Origin: Patescibacteria group bacterium
Lineage (GTDB): Bacteria > Patescibacteriota > Microgenomatia > Levybacterales > UBA12049
Assembly (NCBI GenBank): GCA_038061125.1
Contig: JBBTZX010000049.1
Coordinates: forward strand, 1-32,198
DNA length: 32,198 nucleotides
Direction of reading: 5' to 3'
A program made the translations under genes and the position numbers. Below the pieces are notes generated by a model that saw only the letters and a list, made by a program, of their open reading frames with translations, had not been told where the DNA came from and did no database searches. Positions 16,471-25,902 of the stretch are shown here, in pieces; positions within the stretch are counted from its first letter, which is position 1, and each line of letters starts with the position of its first letter.

Positions 16471-17709
16471 ATGGGATATTCGAAGCAAGCTGTTGTCGGA
16501 ATTTCGTGGATTGGGGCATTCAGAGTGTTCTCAAGATTGATAGCATTTCTAAGAGTTGTTGTATTGGCAAGGTTGCTTGTTCCTGCGCAATTTGGCGTGT
16601 TTGGTATTGCCTCGATGGCGTTGGCTCTTCTGGAGATATTAACAGAAACAGGGATAAACGTTTTCCTCATACAGGAGAAAGAAGACGTGGATTCCTATGT
16701 AAACGATGCTTGGTTTGTGTCTATAATTAGGGGGTTATTAATTGCTATTTTTATAATCTTAACGGCTCCCTTAGTTGTTTCATTTTTTAAAATTCCTCAA
16801 TCTTACAGTTTGATACTTTTAATTAGTGCAGTTCCTCTCATAAGAGGTTTTATCAATCCATCAATTGTCAAATATCAGAAAAATTTGCAATTCAACAAGG
16901 AATTTCTTCTAAGATCTGCAATATTTTGCTTTGATTCGCTGGTTGCAATTATAGTCTCTTTGATCACTCGAAGTGCGATAGGTTTGGTTTTCGGGTTGAT
17001 AGCGGGAGCAATTCTTGAAGTGATCTTGTCGTTTATATTAATTAAACCTACGCCAAGCATACAGTTCAATCTTCAAAAAATTAGCAAGATATTTCATAGA
17101 GGCAAGTGGGTAACATTATACGGAATTTTAAATTTTGCTGCCTCAAAAGGGGACAGTGTCATTATAGGCAGAATACTTGGGTCAGGCCCGCTTGGAATTT
17201 ATCAGATGGGATACACTATCTCGACAATGCCTGTTAGCGAAATAGCGGATACTGCTAACAGAGTGACATTTCCCGTATACACAAAGATAGCGGGAGATGT
17301 AAATAGATTGAAAAAAGGATTTACGAGAACAATTTTATTCGTTTCTGCTATTTCAATCCTAATCGGAACTTTAATCTTCTTTTTTCCGAAAGATTTATTT
17401 ATTTTAGCATTTGGTCAGAAATGGGCAGATACAATGATTGTATTGAAGCCGCTTGCGATTTTCGGCGTAATTAGGGCAATTTCGGGTACAACGTCTTCTC
17501 TATTCTTATCCGTTGGTAGGCAAAATTACGTTGCGGGCATGACATTTTTAAGATTTGCAGCTTTAGCTCTCACAATAGTACCGCTTACGATAGTCTATGG
17601 AATAGAGGGAACTAGCTATTCTATTCTTATTTCAGGAATTGTTGAAGTGCCTTTGGTAGCTTATTATGTTTGGTTAATTTTTAAAACTGACGGAACAAGC
17701 AAGAATTAG
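16471..17709 (+). CDS. MOP-superfamily oligosaccharide/polysaccharide flippase (Wzx-like)
   Basis: 412 aa with about 12 TM segments. The N-terminus GISWIGAFRVFSRLIAFLRVVVLARLLVPAQFGVFGIASMALALLEILTETGINVFLIQ is the typical Polysacc_synt-type signature. Confidence 0.8.
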   Translation: MGYSKQAVVGISWIGAFRVFSRLIAFLRVVVLARLLVPAQFGVFGIASMALALLEILTETGINVFLIQEKEDVDSYVNDAWFVSIIRGLLIAIFIILTAPLVVSFFKIPQSYSLILLISAVPLIRGFINPSIVKYQKNLQFNKEFLLRSAIFCFDSLVAIIVSLITRSAIGLVFGLIAGAILEVILSFILIKPTPSIQFNLQKISKIFHRGKWVTLYGILNFAASKGDSVIIGRILGSGPLGIYQMGYTISTMPVSEIADTANRVTFPVYTKIAGDVNRLKKGFTRTILFVSAISILIGTLIFFFPKDLFILAFGQKWADTMIVLKPLAIFGVIRAISGTTSSLFLSVGRQNYVAGMTFLRFAALALTIVPLTIVYGIEGTSYSILISGIVEVPLVAYYVWLIFKTDGTSKN

Positions 17710-18939
17710 CTATATAACTTCTAGGAACGGAAGCGGAAATATAAAATGTCCTCCTGATCTTAGATACTTTCTCTCCCGTTTTAAAAACTCTTCCTTAAAG
17801 AACCATGGTAGTGCAAGCATATAATCCGGTTTTTCCCTTCTTGCTTGATCTTCAGAGATAATAGGTATACCTAGAGAGGCAATTTTTTTACCCCATTTCT
17901 CAGGATTTCTTTCAACGGCTGCAGTAATAAGTCTATTGTTCAATTTGTAGTATTGCAGCAGGGTATTGCCTCTTGTGGAGGCTCCATATACATAAATTTT
18001 TTTATTTTTTTTGATCTGTTTCTCAATGAAATCTTTTAGCACCTTTTTACTCTTTTTTATTCTTTTCGCGAATCTTATATACGTTTCCTTATTGTCTAAA
18101 CCAACTTTTCCTTCTTGTCTCAAAAGTTGAAAAACCGACCCCTGTATCTTTCTCCTATTTTTAAATGCAATATAGGTTCTGAAACTGCCTCCATTCACAT
18201 CGTTTGTTTCTACGTCAAATATTTCAAGACCGTGTTTTGCTAGGAGGTTGTTAAGAGAATACATCGAATAATATTCCAAATGTTCATGAACGATGTTGTC
18301 AAATGCGTTAAGTTCAAGCATGGATTTTAAATAATTTTGTTGAATTACGAATATGCCATTTTCATCAAGTATTTTAGTAACATCAGAAAGAAATTGATTG
18401 GGATTGTCAATATCATAAAAACAAGAAATTGCAGTAATGATCGACGCTTTTCTAACCCCAACTAATTTTATATATGCTTTATAGTTGAAAAAATCATTAA
18501 TTATGATGTTTGCATGTTTCTCGCACTCTTTTGCCAATTTTCCTATCGGCTCAATGCCGATTTTGAACACGTAATTTGGGTAATTTTTAAGAAGTGTTCC
18601 GTCATTAGCGCCGATATCAACACATACTACATTTTCTTTCCTACCTTTAATTTTCTTTAGTGATTTTTGGACAATTTCTCTTAATTCATTACGCATTGTG
18701 TCGTTTATCCCTGATTTATATCCGTAGTTTTCTGTATATAAAACAGAAGCAGGAGCGGTATGCTGCAATTGAAGCAAAAAACATTTTGTGCAAATAACCA
18801 AAGAGAGAGGGTATGATTTAGGCTTTACATTAAGATTTGTAAATTCAGATAAATGAAAATTTCCTAGAGATATTACTTTTTCAAGTGCCGTCGAATTGCA
18901 TGAACGGCAATTGACTTTCTTAATTGCTGAATCGAGCAT
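17710..18939 (-). CDS. Zinc-ribbon C-methyltransferase family protein (second paralog)
   Basis: CRSC...CTKC ribbon, VDIGANDGTLL (SAM motif I), EHLEYYSM, and C-terminal IYVYGASTRGNTLLQYY. Same architecture as 9964-11223 but strongly diverged. Confidence 0.75.
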   Translation of the reverse strand: MLDSAIKKVNCRSCNSTALEKVISLGNFHLSEFTNLNVKPKSYPLSLVICTKCFLLQLQHTAPASVLYTENYGYKSGINDTMRNELREIVQKSLKKIKGRKENVVCVDIGANDGTLLKNYPNYVFKIGIEPIGKLAKECEKHANIIINDFFNYKAYIKLVGVRKASIITAISCFYDIDNPNQFLSDVTKILDENGIFVIQQNYLKSMLELNAFDNIVHEHLEYYSMYSLNNLLAKHGLEIFDVETNDVNGGSFRTYIAFKNRRKIQGSVFQLLRQEGKVGLDNKETYIRFAKRIKKSKKVLKDFIEKQIKKNKKIYVYGASTRGNTLLQYYKLNNRLITAAVERNPEKWGKKIASLGIPIISEDQARREKPDYMLALPWFFKEEFLKRERKYLRSGGHFIFPLPFLEVI

Positions 18940-18983
18940 AATTTACAATTTAAGGTTATGTTGGTGTATTATAAGTTAATTAT

Positions 18984-18992
18984 TGATATAAT
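18984..18992 (+). promoter_or_regulatory. Putative extended -10 (TGaTATAAT) 9 nt upstream of the GT4 ATG at 19002
   Basis: TG at 18984-18985, TATAAT at 18987-18992, ttcaagaag, then ATG. Lies in the divergent intergenic region. Confidence 0.4.
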
Positions 18993-19001
18993 TTCAAGAA
19001 G

Positions 19002-20114
19002 ATGAAAATCGCGATTTTCTATAATTTACCTTTTGGTGGGGCGAAACGTGTTGTTTTAGAACAGGTTAAAGGTTTGAAAAGTTTAGGACACGTCGTTGAC
19101 GTTTATACATTGGAGAAGGAACGCGATTCATTTAGTCCCGGTTTTGTTGCAGATAACGAATATAAATATGATTATTCCCCTTTTGATATAAGGATTCCCA
19201 TACTCTCTAGGATTTTTGGAGATCTTCAAATGTTTTATCGCCTTAGAAGGCTTCATGAAAAAATAGCTTGGGATATAGATAATCGTGGGTACGATATCGT
19301 TCTTGTTCATACGGATACCCTTACTCAAGCGCCGTTTATATTACGATTTCTCAAAACAAAAAGCGTTTATTTTTGCTTAGAACCGCTAAGAATGGTGTAT
19401 GAGTATTCCTTGAGGGTTTCCGATAATCTTGGTTTTTTTAATAAGCTCTACGAATCAATAAATAGACTAGTTAGGAAAAAAATTGATCGGGACAATGCAA
19501 GAAAAGCAGATTTCGTGTTAGCGATTAGTTTGTTTGGGAGAGAGTACATGATTCAGGCATTTGATCTTTATCCAAAAATTTCCTACCTTGGCGTTGACCA
19601 AACTGTTTTTAGACCATTGAAGAGAAAGAAAAAGAATCAAGTTCTTTTTGTTGCCGAAAGGGAATATGTATATGGATATGATTTAGCTCAAATTGCAATT
19701 AAGCTTATTCCGGAGAACATAAGACCTAATTTCAAAATTGTATTTGGTACAAAAAAAGAACAGAGAATATCCGAAGAGGAACTGGTCAAAACTTACAATG
19801 AATCCTTAGTAACATTATCATTAAGTAGATTTGATACTTTCGGATTGGTTCCATTGGAATCAATGGCTTGTGGAACACCCGTTATTGTCTTAAATGTTGC
19901 AGGATACAGGGAAACAATACTGAATGGTAAAGTAGGATTTACTGTCGACTTTGATCCCAAAGAGATTGCAGAAAAAATCATGTGTTTCGTAAAAGATCCT
20001 TTACTTGCTGTAAGAATGGGAAGAGAGGGAAGGAAATGGGTTGAGAATAATTGGACATGGGAGAAAAGTGCAGAAAAATTAGAGAAATATTTAAAAACTG
20101 TAAGTAAAAAATGA
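19002..20114 (+). CDS. GT4-family (GT-B fold) glycosyltransferase
   Basis: MKIAIFYNLPFGGAKRVVLEQVKGLKSLGHVVDVYT at the N-terminus and FGLVPLESMACGTPVIVLNVAGYRETI (EX7E region) in the C-terminal half. Confidence 0.85.
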   Translation: MKIAIFYNLPFGGAKRVVLEQVKGLKSLGHVVDVYTLEKERDSFSPGFVADNEYKYDYSPFDIRIPILSRIFGDLQMFYRLRRLHEKIAWDIDNRGYDIVLVHTDTLTQAPFILRFLKTKSVYFCLEPLRMVYEYSLRVSDNLGFFNKLYESINRLVRKKIDRDNARKADFVLAISLFGREYMIQAFDLYPKISYLGVDQTVFRPLKRKKKNQVLFVAEREYVYGYDLAQIAIKLIPENIRPNFKIVFGTKKEQRISEEELVKTYNESLVTLSLSRFDTFGLVPLESMACGTPVIVLNVAGYRETILNGKVGFTVDFDPKEIAEKIMCFVKDPLLAVRMGREGRKWVENNWTWEKSAEKLEKYLKTVSKK

Positions 20115-22339
20115 AAATAAAACTATCGGTCATTTACGTTTATTACAATACGCCGGAGGAATTACAATTATCCATTAAATCTTTGGAGCGAGCTTGTGTC
20201 AAAATACCCTACGAAGTAATAATCGTAAACAATAATTCTCAAAAAGGCATTCCTAAAAAGATTTATGATAAGTCTAATATAACGATAATAAATAACGATA
20301 CTAATTACGGATACGGTAAAGGTTTAAATCAAGGCGCCGGTATCGCAAAAGGGGAATATCTGCTTTTGGTAAATCCGGATGTGGAGTTTACGGAAAATTC
20401 AATAAAACATCTTTTAGGTAAGATAGAAAGCGATTCAAGAATCGGAGCGGTTGCCCCTCAATTAATAGATGAAAAAGGGAATATTTTGCAAAGCATTAGT
20501 GGTATGCCTTATTTGCCCCAGAGTTTATTTGTATTTTCATTTCTAGATAAAATATGGGGTAAGAATCCGTTTTTGGTCAAATATCATAATTTAAATCTTG
20601 ATAGAAGCAAAGAACACGAAGTAGATGTAGCTGGTGGGGCATGTATGATGGTTAGAAGATCTATATTCGATAAAGTTGGTGGATTCGATGAAAGATTTTT
20701 TATGTATTTCGAAGAGGCTGACTTTTGTTCCCGAATAAAACAATTAGGGTGCTCGATAATTTACTATCCGAAGGCAAAAGCGATACACCTTGTCGGACGA
20801 AGCAGTCAGGATAAGGAGTGGATAGAAAAAACATTTGAACAAAGCAGATTCAAATTTTTTAAAAAATATCACGGTTTAATTCCTGCCTTATTGGGGGAAT
20901 TCGCTTTGAGGTTTTTTAAACCGTTAAATATGCTGTTATTAACAATATTAGCTCTTTCAGCTTTTCTGAATTTATATAAATTAAATGAGCAAATGATTTT
21001 TATCGGTGATCAGGGATGGTTTTACCTATCGGCAAGAGACTTGCTTTTAACAGGTGAAATTCCCTTGGTTGGGATAACCTCAAGCCATACGTGGCTTCAC
21101 CAGGGACCATTATGGACATACATTCTTGCTGTAATTTTTTGGTTATTTAAATTTAATCCCATTGCACCCGCATATTTTACAGGATTACTTAGTACAGTAA
21201 CTGTTTTTCTAGTTTATAAAGTCGGAAGAATTCTTTTTTCCAAGAATGTAGGTTTGATAGGAGCAGTGCTGTATGCTACATCACCGTTGATTATTATTAA
21301 TTCTCAAATGCCATACCATACTAGTCCTATTCCCTTATTAACTTTGGGTTTAATTTACTCAGTTTTTAAATGGATAAAAGGAAATGTATACTTTTTTCCC
21401 ATAGCTATTCTTTTTATGGCATTATTATATAATTTTGAGCTCGCAACGCAAATATTCTGGTTTCCAATTGGGTTTATTTTTATCGTAGGCTTTCTAGGAA
21501 AGAAACAATGGGCGAAGGCCGTATTGAGAGCAGGGATTCTATTTACATCTTTAGCTTTTTTTATCCTGCCGATGGTCCCAATTTTTATTTACGATATTAA
21601 TCATAAATTTGCGCAAACTTTAAAATTTTTCGTATGGTTTCCGTACAGAATAGCGAGCCAATTATTGAATATAAAAAGCGCACTTCTGTTAACTAAAACG
21701 CAAGAGTCTTTTGTTTCTATGATTAGTTTTTTTTCGGCTAATTATCAACAGCTTGTTTTTGCGTCAAATAATTTAGCGTCATTACTTATTTTATCTTTAA
21801 GTATTATATGCATAACGTTTTATTTATTAAAGACTAGGAATATAAACAATCTTTTTTCCCCAATTAGTTTACTGATAGTATTTATAATCATCCCTTTAGT
21901 GGGGTTTTTTCTCAACATGATAGCTTCGGGTGCCTATCTTCCTTTATTTTTTCCGAGTGTAATTATTATTACGGCGTGGGTGTTTGACAGAATAATGCAT
22001 AAGAAATATTTGTTTTTTCCTATTTTGGCTTTAGTTTTTTATATTGCAGCGTTAAACACTCTGTTTGTTTTAGATAAGACTAAAAGTAAACCTGCTTACG
22101 GTATTTATTTTTCGGAGAGGCTAAATGCCGTAAAAACGATATTGAAAGAAACCGATGGGGAAAGTTATAGAATTAGAGGAAGTGGTCCCGGAAGTCAGTT
22201 TGAAAGCTTTACGATGAATTATGAATATATTGTCTGGTGGTTGGGTAAGCCGCCATCGGAAAAATCTGCAAAAAATCTATTCACAATCAGCGAGGATAAA
22301 AATGGAGTTGTTATAAATAAGGAGATATTTAATAAATAA
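20111..22339 (+). CDS. Bifunctional fusion: N-terminal GT2 (GT-A) domain plus C-terminal GT-C (ArnT/PMT-like) polytopic domain
   Basis: About aa 1-260: SVIYVYYNT...EVIIVNNNS...NYGYGKGLNQGAGIAKGEYLLLVNPDVEF and FFMYFEEADFCSR. From about aa 270, TM1 is followed by FIGDQGWFYLSARDLLLTGEIPLVG and about 12 TM segments, then a soluble C-terminus. This is one uninterrupted 742-aa ORF; its ATG overlaps the GT4 stop (ATGA). Confidence 0.8.
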   Translation: MKIKLSVIYVYYNTPEELQLSIKSLERACVKIPYEVIIVNNNSQKGIPKKIYDKSNITIINNDTNYGYGKGLNQGAGIAKGEYLLLVNPDVEFTENSIKHLLGKIESDSRIGAVAPQLIDEKGNILQSISGMPYLPQSLFVFSFLDKIWGKNPFLVKYHNLNLDRSKEHEVDVAGGACMMVRRSIFDKVGGFDERFFMYFEEADFCSRIKQLGCSIIYYPKAKAIHLVGRSSQDKEWIEKTFEQSRFKFFKKYHGLIPALLGEFALRFFKPLNMLLLTILALSAFLNLYKLNEQMIFIGDQGWFYLSARDLLLTGEIPLVGITSSHTWLHQGPLWTYILAVIFWLFKFNPIAPAYFTGLLSTVTVFLVYKVGRILFSKNVGLIGAVLYATSPLIIINSQMPYHTSPIPLLTLGLIYSVFKWIKGNVYFFPIAILFMALLYNFELATQIFWFPIGFIFIVGFLGKKQWAKAVLRAGILFTSLAFFILPMVPIFIYDINHKFAQTLKFFVWFPYRIASQLLNIKSALLLTKTQESFVSMISFFSANYQQLVFASNNLASLLILSLSIICITFYLLKTRNINNLFSPISLLIVFIIIPLVGFFLNMIASGAYLPLFFPSVIIITAWVFDRIMHKKYLFFPILALVFYIAALNTLFVLDKTKSKPAYGIYFSERLNAVKTILKETDGESYRIRGSGPGSQFESFTMNYEYIVWWLGKPPSEKSAKNLFTISEDKNGVVINKEIFNK

Positions 22340-22340
22340 G

Positions 22341-23093
22341 ATGATAAGCGCAGTCGTTCTTACTAGGAATGAGGAGAATAGTATCATTGATTGCTTAGAA
22401 TCAATGGGCTGGTGCGATGAGATAATTGTTGTTGATGATTTTTCTCAAGATAGAACAATTGAGATTATAGGTGGGCTAAGGAATAAAAAAATTTCTGTTT
22501 TTAAACGTGCTTTAAATAAAGATTATTCAAAACAGCGAAATTTTGGCTTGTCGAAAACAAGCTATGAATGGATATTATTTGTTGATGCAGACGAAAGAGT
22601 TTCACCGTTTCTTAGGGATGAAATATTAAAAGCAACAAGTACGAGAAGTAAATATGACGGTTATCTGATAAGAAGAAGGGATATTTTGTGGGGTAAAGAA
22701 TTAAGATACGGTGAATTAGGAGATGTTAAGCTTTTAAGGTTGGCAAAGAAAGGTAAGGGGGAGTGGAGCGGTCGCGTACATGAAGAGTGGGAAATAAGAG
22801 GAGCAGTTGGGCAACTTAATTCTTCCTTGATTCATTATCCTCACCAAACTATTACGGAGTTTCTAAGAGAGATAAATTTTTATACGGATATAAGGGCAAA
22901 AGAATTATTCGATAATGGGACAAGGGTTTCATGGTTGTCAATACTGTTATACCCAAAAGCTAAATTCATCCTAAATTATTTTTTAAGATTAGGTTTTTTA
23001 GACGGCATACAGGGATTAATAGTGGTCATTTTTATGAGTTTTCACTCTTTTTTAGTTAGGAGTAAGCTGTGGAAACTGCGGCAAGGAAGATAA
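22341..23093 (+). CDS. GT2-family glycosyltransferase (WaaE/KdtX-like small GT2)
   Basis: ISAVVLTRNEENSIIDCLES...EIIVVDDFSQDRT...KQRNFGLSKTSYEWILFVDADERVS, and the C-terminal LGFLDGIQGL motif typical of this subgroup. Starts 1 nt after the preceding stop. Confidence 0.8.
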   Translation: MISAVVLTRNEENSIIDCLESMGWCDEIIVVDDFSQDRTIEIIGGLRNKKISVFKRALNKDYSKQRNFGLSKTSYEWILFVDADERVSPFLRDEILKATSTRSKYDGYLIRRRDILWGKELRYGELGDVKLLRLAKKGKGEWSGRVHEEWEIRGAVGQLNSSLIHYPHQTITEFLREINFYTDIRAKELFDNGTRVSWLSILLYPKAKFILNYFLRLGFLDGIQGLIVVIFMSFHSFLVRSKLWKLRQGR

Positions 23094-23104
23094 CTATTTA
23101 TATT

Positions 23105-24682
23105 ATGTTTACGATTGCCGTTTTGATAGGAATCTACTCATATTTTATTTTCGTTTTGGGCTTACTGGGACTTTTGTATAGAGAAAACGTTATTATTTTT
23201 TCCTTACTGTATATTGCAGTTATAGTTTTAGCCTACAGGAAAAAAATAATCAATGTTCTTAAATTAATTCGTATCGAAAAAACTCCCAACATAAATTTTA
23301 GTTTTGTATTAATTACGTTAATTGTTTCCCTCGCATTGGTAAATTTAATTGGAGTTCTTGGTCCGGAGCTTGGTTTCGATGCGTTATGGTATCACTTAAC
23401 GCTTCCTAAAATTTATCTAAATACACACATGATTACACATATTCCGGGCGGGTTATTATATTACTCCGATATGCCAAAGCTTACGGAGATGCTCTATGTC
23501 GGAGCATTATCTTTTGGGAGCGAAACATTAGCAAAATTAGTTCATTTTGCGTTTGGAATACTTTCCGCTATTGCGTTGTATAAACTCTCAAGAAATCTTT
23601 TTAGTAAAACATATTCTTTTCTAGCGGTTCTAATTTTTTATAGTAATTTGGTGGTAGCGTGGCAGTCAACAACTGCCTATATTGATCTTGCTAGAACCTT
23701 TTTTGAAATAATGGCGCTTTGGGGATTTGTTAATTGGTGGAAAAAAGGAGAGAGAAAGTGGCTCATAGAGTCTGCTGTAATGCTGGGACTTTCTATTTCA
23801 GTTAAACTTCTTGCCGTAGAATCATTGCCTATATTCTTAATTTTAATAGGGCTATGCACGTATACATATAAAAAATCCATAAAATATTTTTTGATAAATA
23901 TATCTAGCTATTGGTTTATGGCTCTTTTGATTCCACTGCCATGGTTTATTTTTTCATTTATCCATACGGGAAATCCTATTTACCCATTTTTTTCTGCTGT
24001 TTATAATGTAGGATTAAACCTTCGATTTATAAACCCGTTTATCCATAGATCCGATTCCATTTCTGTTGTTTATATTCTAATTCCAGCTTTTCTTCCGTTT
24101 GTTTTTAGAAAATTAAAGCGTGAAATTAAGATTATTTTCCTATATTCATTTTTAGGATTTATTGTTTGGTATCTGACCCCAAAAACTGACGGCGGAAGAT
24201 TTATGCTTCCCTATCTGCCGGCATTTTCTTTGCTTTTGGTTTCAATGCTGGTTTTTCTAAAGAACAATTTATTTAAAAAAATCATTATTTGTTTTATTGT
24301 TCTAACCTCAATTGTTTCCATCATTTACAGAGGAGCTGCTGATTATAAATATTTACCTGTAATTTTAAGTAAAGAATCAAAGAGCGATTTTTTAGCCAAA
24401 CATCTTAATTTTTCGTACGGAGATTTTTACGATACTGACGGATATTTTGCAAAAAATATAACACGAAACAATAAAGTTCTCCTATATGGATTTCACAATC
24501 TATATTACGTAGATTTCCCATTTATAGATTCGTCATGGGTTAAAAAGGGAGATACTTTCGATTATATCGCAGTTCAAAATTCAATAATTCCCAAAAGATT
24601 TTCGTATTGGAATCTTGTATACTACAACAAGAAAACTAACGTAAAACTTTATTCTTTAGGAGGGCAAAAATGGGTTTATTAA
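23105..24682 (+). CDS. GT-C-like polytopic membrane glycosyltransferase
   Basis: Many TM segments, the first-loop motif GPELGFDALWYHLTLPKIYL, and a soluble C-terminal domain. The track start is a GTG at 23069, inside the upstream gene; the ATG at 23105 (MFTIAVLIG) is preferred. Confidence 0.6.
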   Translation: MFTIAVLIGIYSYFIFVLGLLGLLYRENVIIFSLLYIAVIVLAYRKKIINVLKLIRIEKTPNINFSFVLITLIVSLALVNLIGVLGPELGFDALWYHLTLPKIYLNTHMITHIPGGLLYYSDMPKLTEMLYVGALSFGSETLAKLVHFAFGILSAIALYKLSRNLFSKTYSFLAVLIFYSNLVVAWQSTTAYIDLARTFFEIMALWGFVNWWKKGERKWLIESAVMLGLSISVKLLAVESLPIFLILIGLCTYTYKKSIKYFLINISSYWFMALLIPLPWFIFSFIHTGNPIYPFFSAVYNVGLNLRFINPFIHRSDSISVVYILIPAFLPFVFRKLKREIKIIFLYSFLGFIVWYLTPKTDGGRFMLPYLPAFSLLLVSMLVFLKNNLFKKIIICFIVLTSIVSIIYRGAADYKYLPVILSKESKSDFLAKHLNFSYGDFYDTDGYFAKNITRNNKVLLYGFHNLYYVDFPFIDSSWVKKGDTFDYIAVQNSIIPKRFSYWNLVYYNKKTNVKLYSLGGQKWVY

Positions 24683-25902
24683 AAACATTTTTCATTATAT
24701 TTATTCTTTTTTTGTTTCCAATGGGGGAGATCGCCAGATATCAGTTTGGTAACGGTATATCTATAACTGCTATTGACGCAGGAGCAATACTGCTTATTCT
24801 TATTTGGTTAATCTCAAACATTATACGAGGAAAAAGAAAACTAATTTTTAAATCTTCTTTGACCAATCCAATTCTTCTGTTTGTTGCAATATGCATATTG
24901 TCTTTGATTGTAAATCTATCGAATCTCAAAAGCTCAGAACTTTTCGTATCCAGCCTTTATCTTATAAGGTGGATTATGTACGCACTTATTTACTTCGTGG
25001 TTTCGGGATTTGACAAAAAATTTAAGGCAAAAATACCTATTCTTATGGTTATTTCGGGCTTACTCATTTTGGGGGGCGGTTATATTCAATACTTTTTTTA
25101 TCCCAGCCTTCGCAATTTATATTATCTTGGGTGGGATGAACATTTGTATAGGATGTTTTCCGTATTCTTGGATCCAAATTTTGCCGGTGCATTTTTTGTC
25201 CTTTTATTATTCCTTATGTTTGGCTTAATTGTTTATTGTATGAAAAGTAGAAAATTAATTTGTACCATAGCGTTATTGTTGCTGGCTGGCTTTACGGCTA
25301 TAGGAATCTTTTTAACTTATTCAAGAAGCGCATTCGTTATGTTTTTTGCGGGAATATTTATATTCCTCGTTTTAACAAACAAGAAAAAAGTGATGATTCC
25401 CGTTCTTGCTATCTGTCTAATTGTATTTGCCATTTCTTCAAAAAATTTCAATATAGAAAATACAAATCTCCTAAGAACTGCTTCTGGCGTGGCAAGATTA
25501 GATTCGGCAAATAAGGCAGTTACTGTAATTAGAGATCATCCGTTGTTTGGCGTTGGATTTAATGCTTATAGATACGCACAGATACGATACGGATTCGTTG
25601 GAGATAAGGAATTAATGGTAAGTCACGCTGCTGCAGGAACGGATAATAGCTTTTTATTCGTATTGGCAACCACAGGATTGGTTGGTTTTACAGCCTACGC
25701 TTATCTTTGGTATAGAATATCAAGCAATCTATATGCACTTTTTAAACAAAATATAGGTTTAGACAAAATAATACCTTTAGTTTTATTTTCTTCTTACGTA
25801 GGTATTTCTCTAGCAAGCTTTTTTATAAATGCTTTATTTTACCCTTTCATTATAGTTTGGATATGGATATTGTTGGGGTACTGCGAAAAGACTAGGGGTT
25901 AA
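24670..25902 (+). CDS. Wzy_C-domain protein (O-antigen ligase/polymerase or O-oligosaccharyltransferase-like)
   Basis: Polytopic protein. It has LTYSRSAFVMFFAGIFIF and a large loop HPLFGVGFNAYRYAQ...HAAAGTDNSFLFVLATTGLVG, the pattern shared by WaaL/Wzy/PglL-type proteins. Overlaps the upstream gene by 13 nt. Confidence 0.7.
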   Translation: MGLLKTFFIIFILFLFPMGEIARYQFGNGISITAIDAGAILLILIWLISNIIRGKRKLIFKSSLTNPILLFVAICILSLIVNLSNLKSSELFVSSLYLIRWIMYALIYFVVSGFDKKFKAKIPILMVISGLLILGGGYIQYFFYPSLRNLYYLGWDEHLYRMFSVFLDPNFAGAFFVLLLFLMFGLIVYCMKSRKLICTIALLLLAGFTAIGIFLTYSRSAFVMFFAGIFIFLVLTNKKKVMIPVLAICLIVFAISSKNFNIENTNLLRTASGVARLDSANKAVTVIRDHPLFGVGFNAYRYAQIRYGFVGDKELMVSHAAAGTDNSFLFVLATTGLVGFTAYAYLWYRISSNLYALFKQNIGLDKIIPLVLFSSYVGISLASFFINALFYPFIIVWIWILLGYCEKTRG

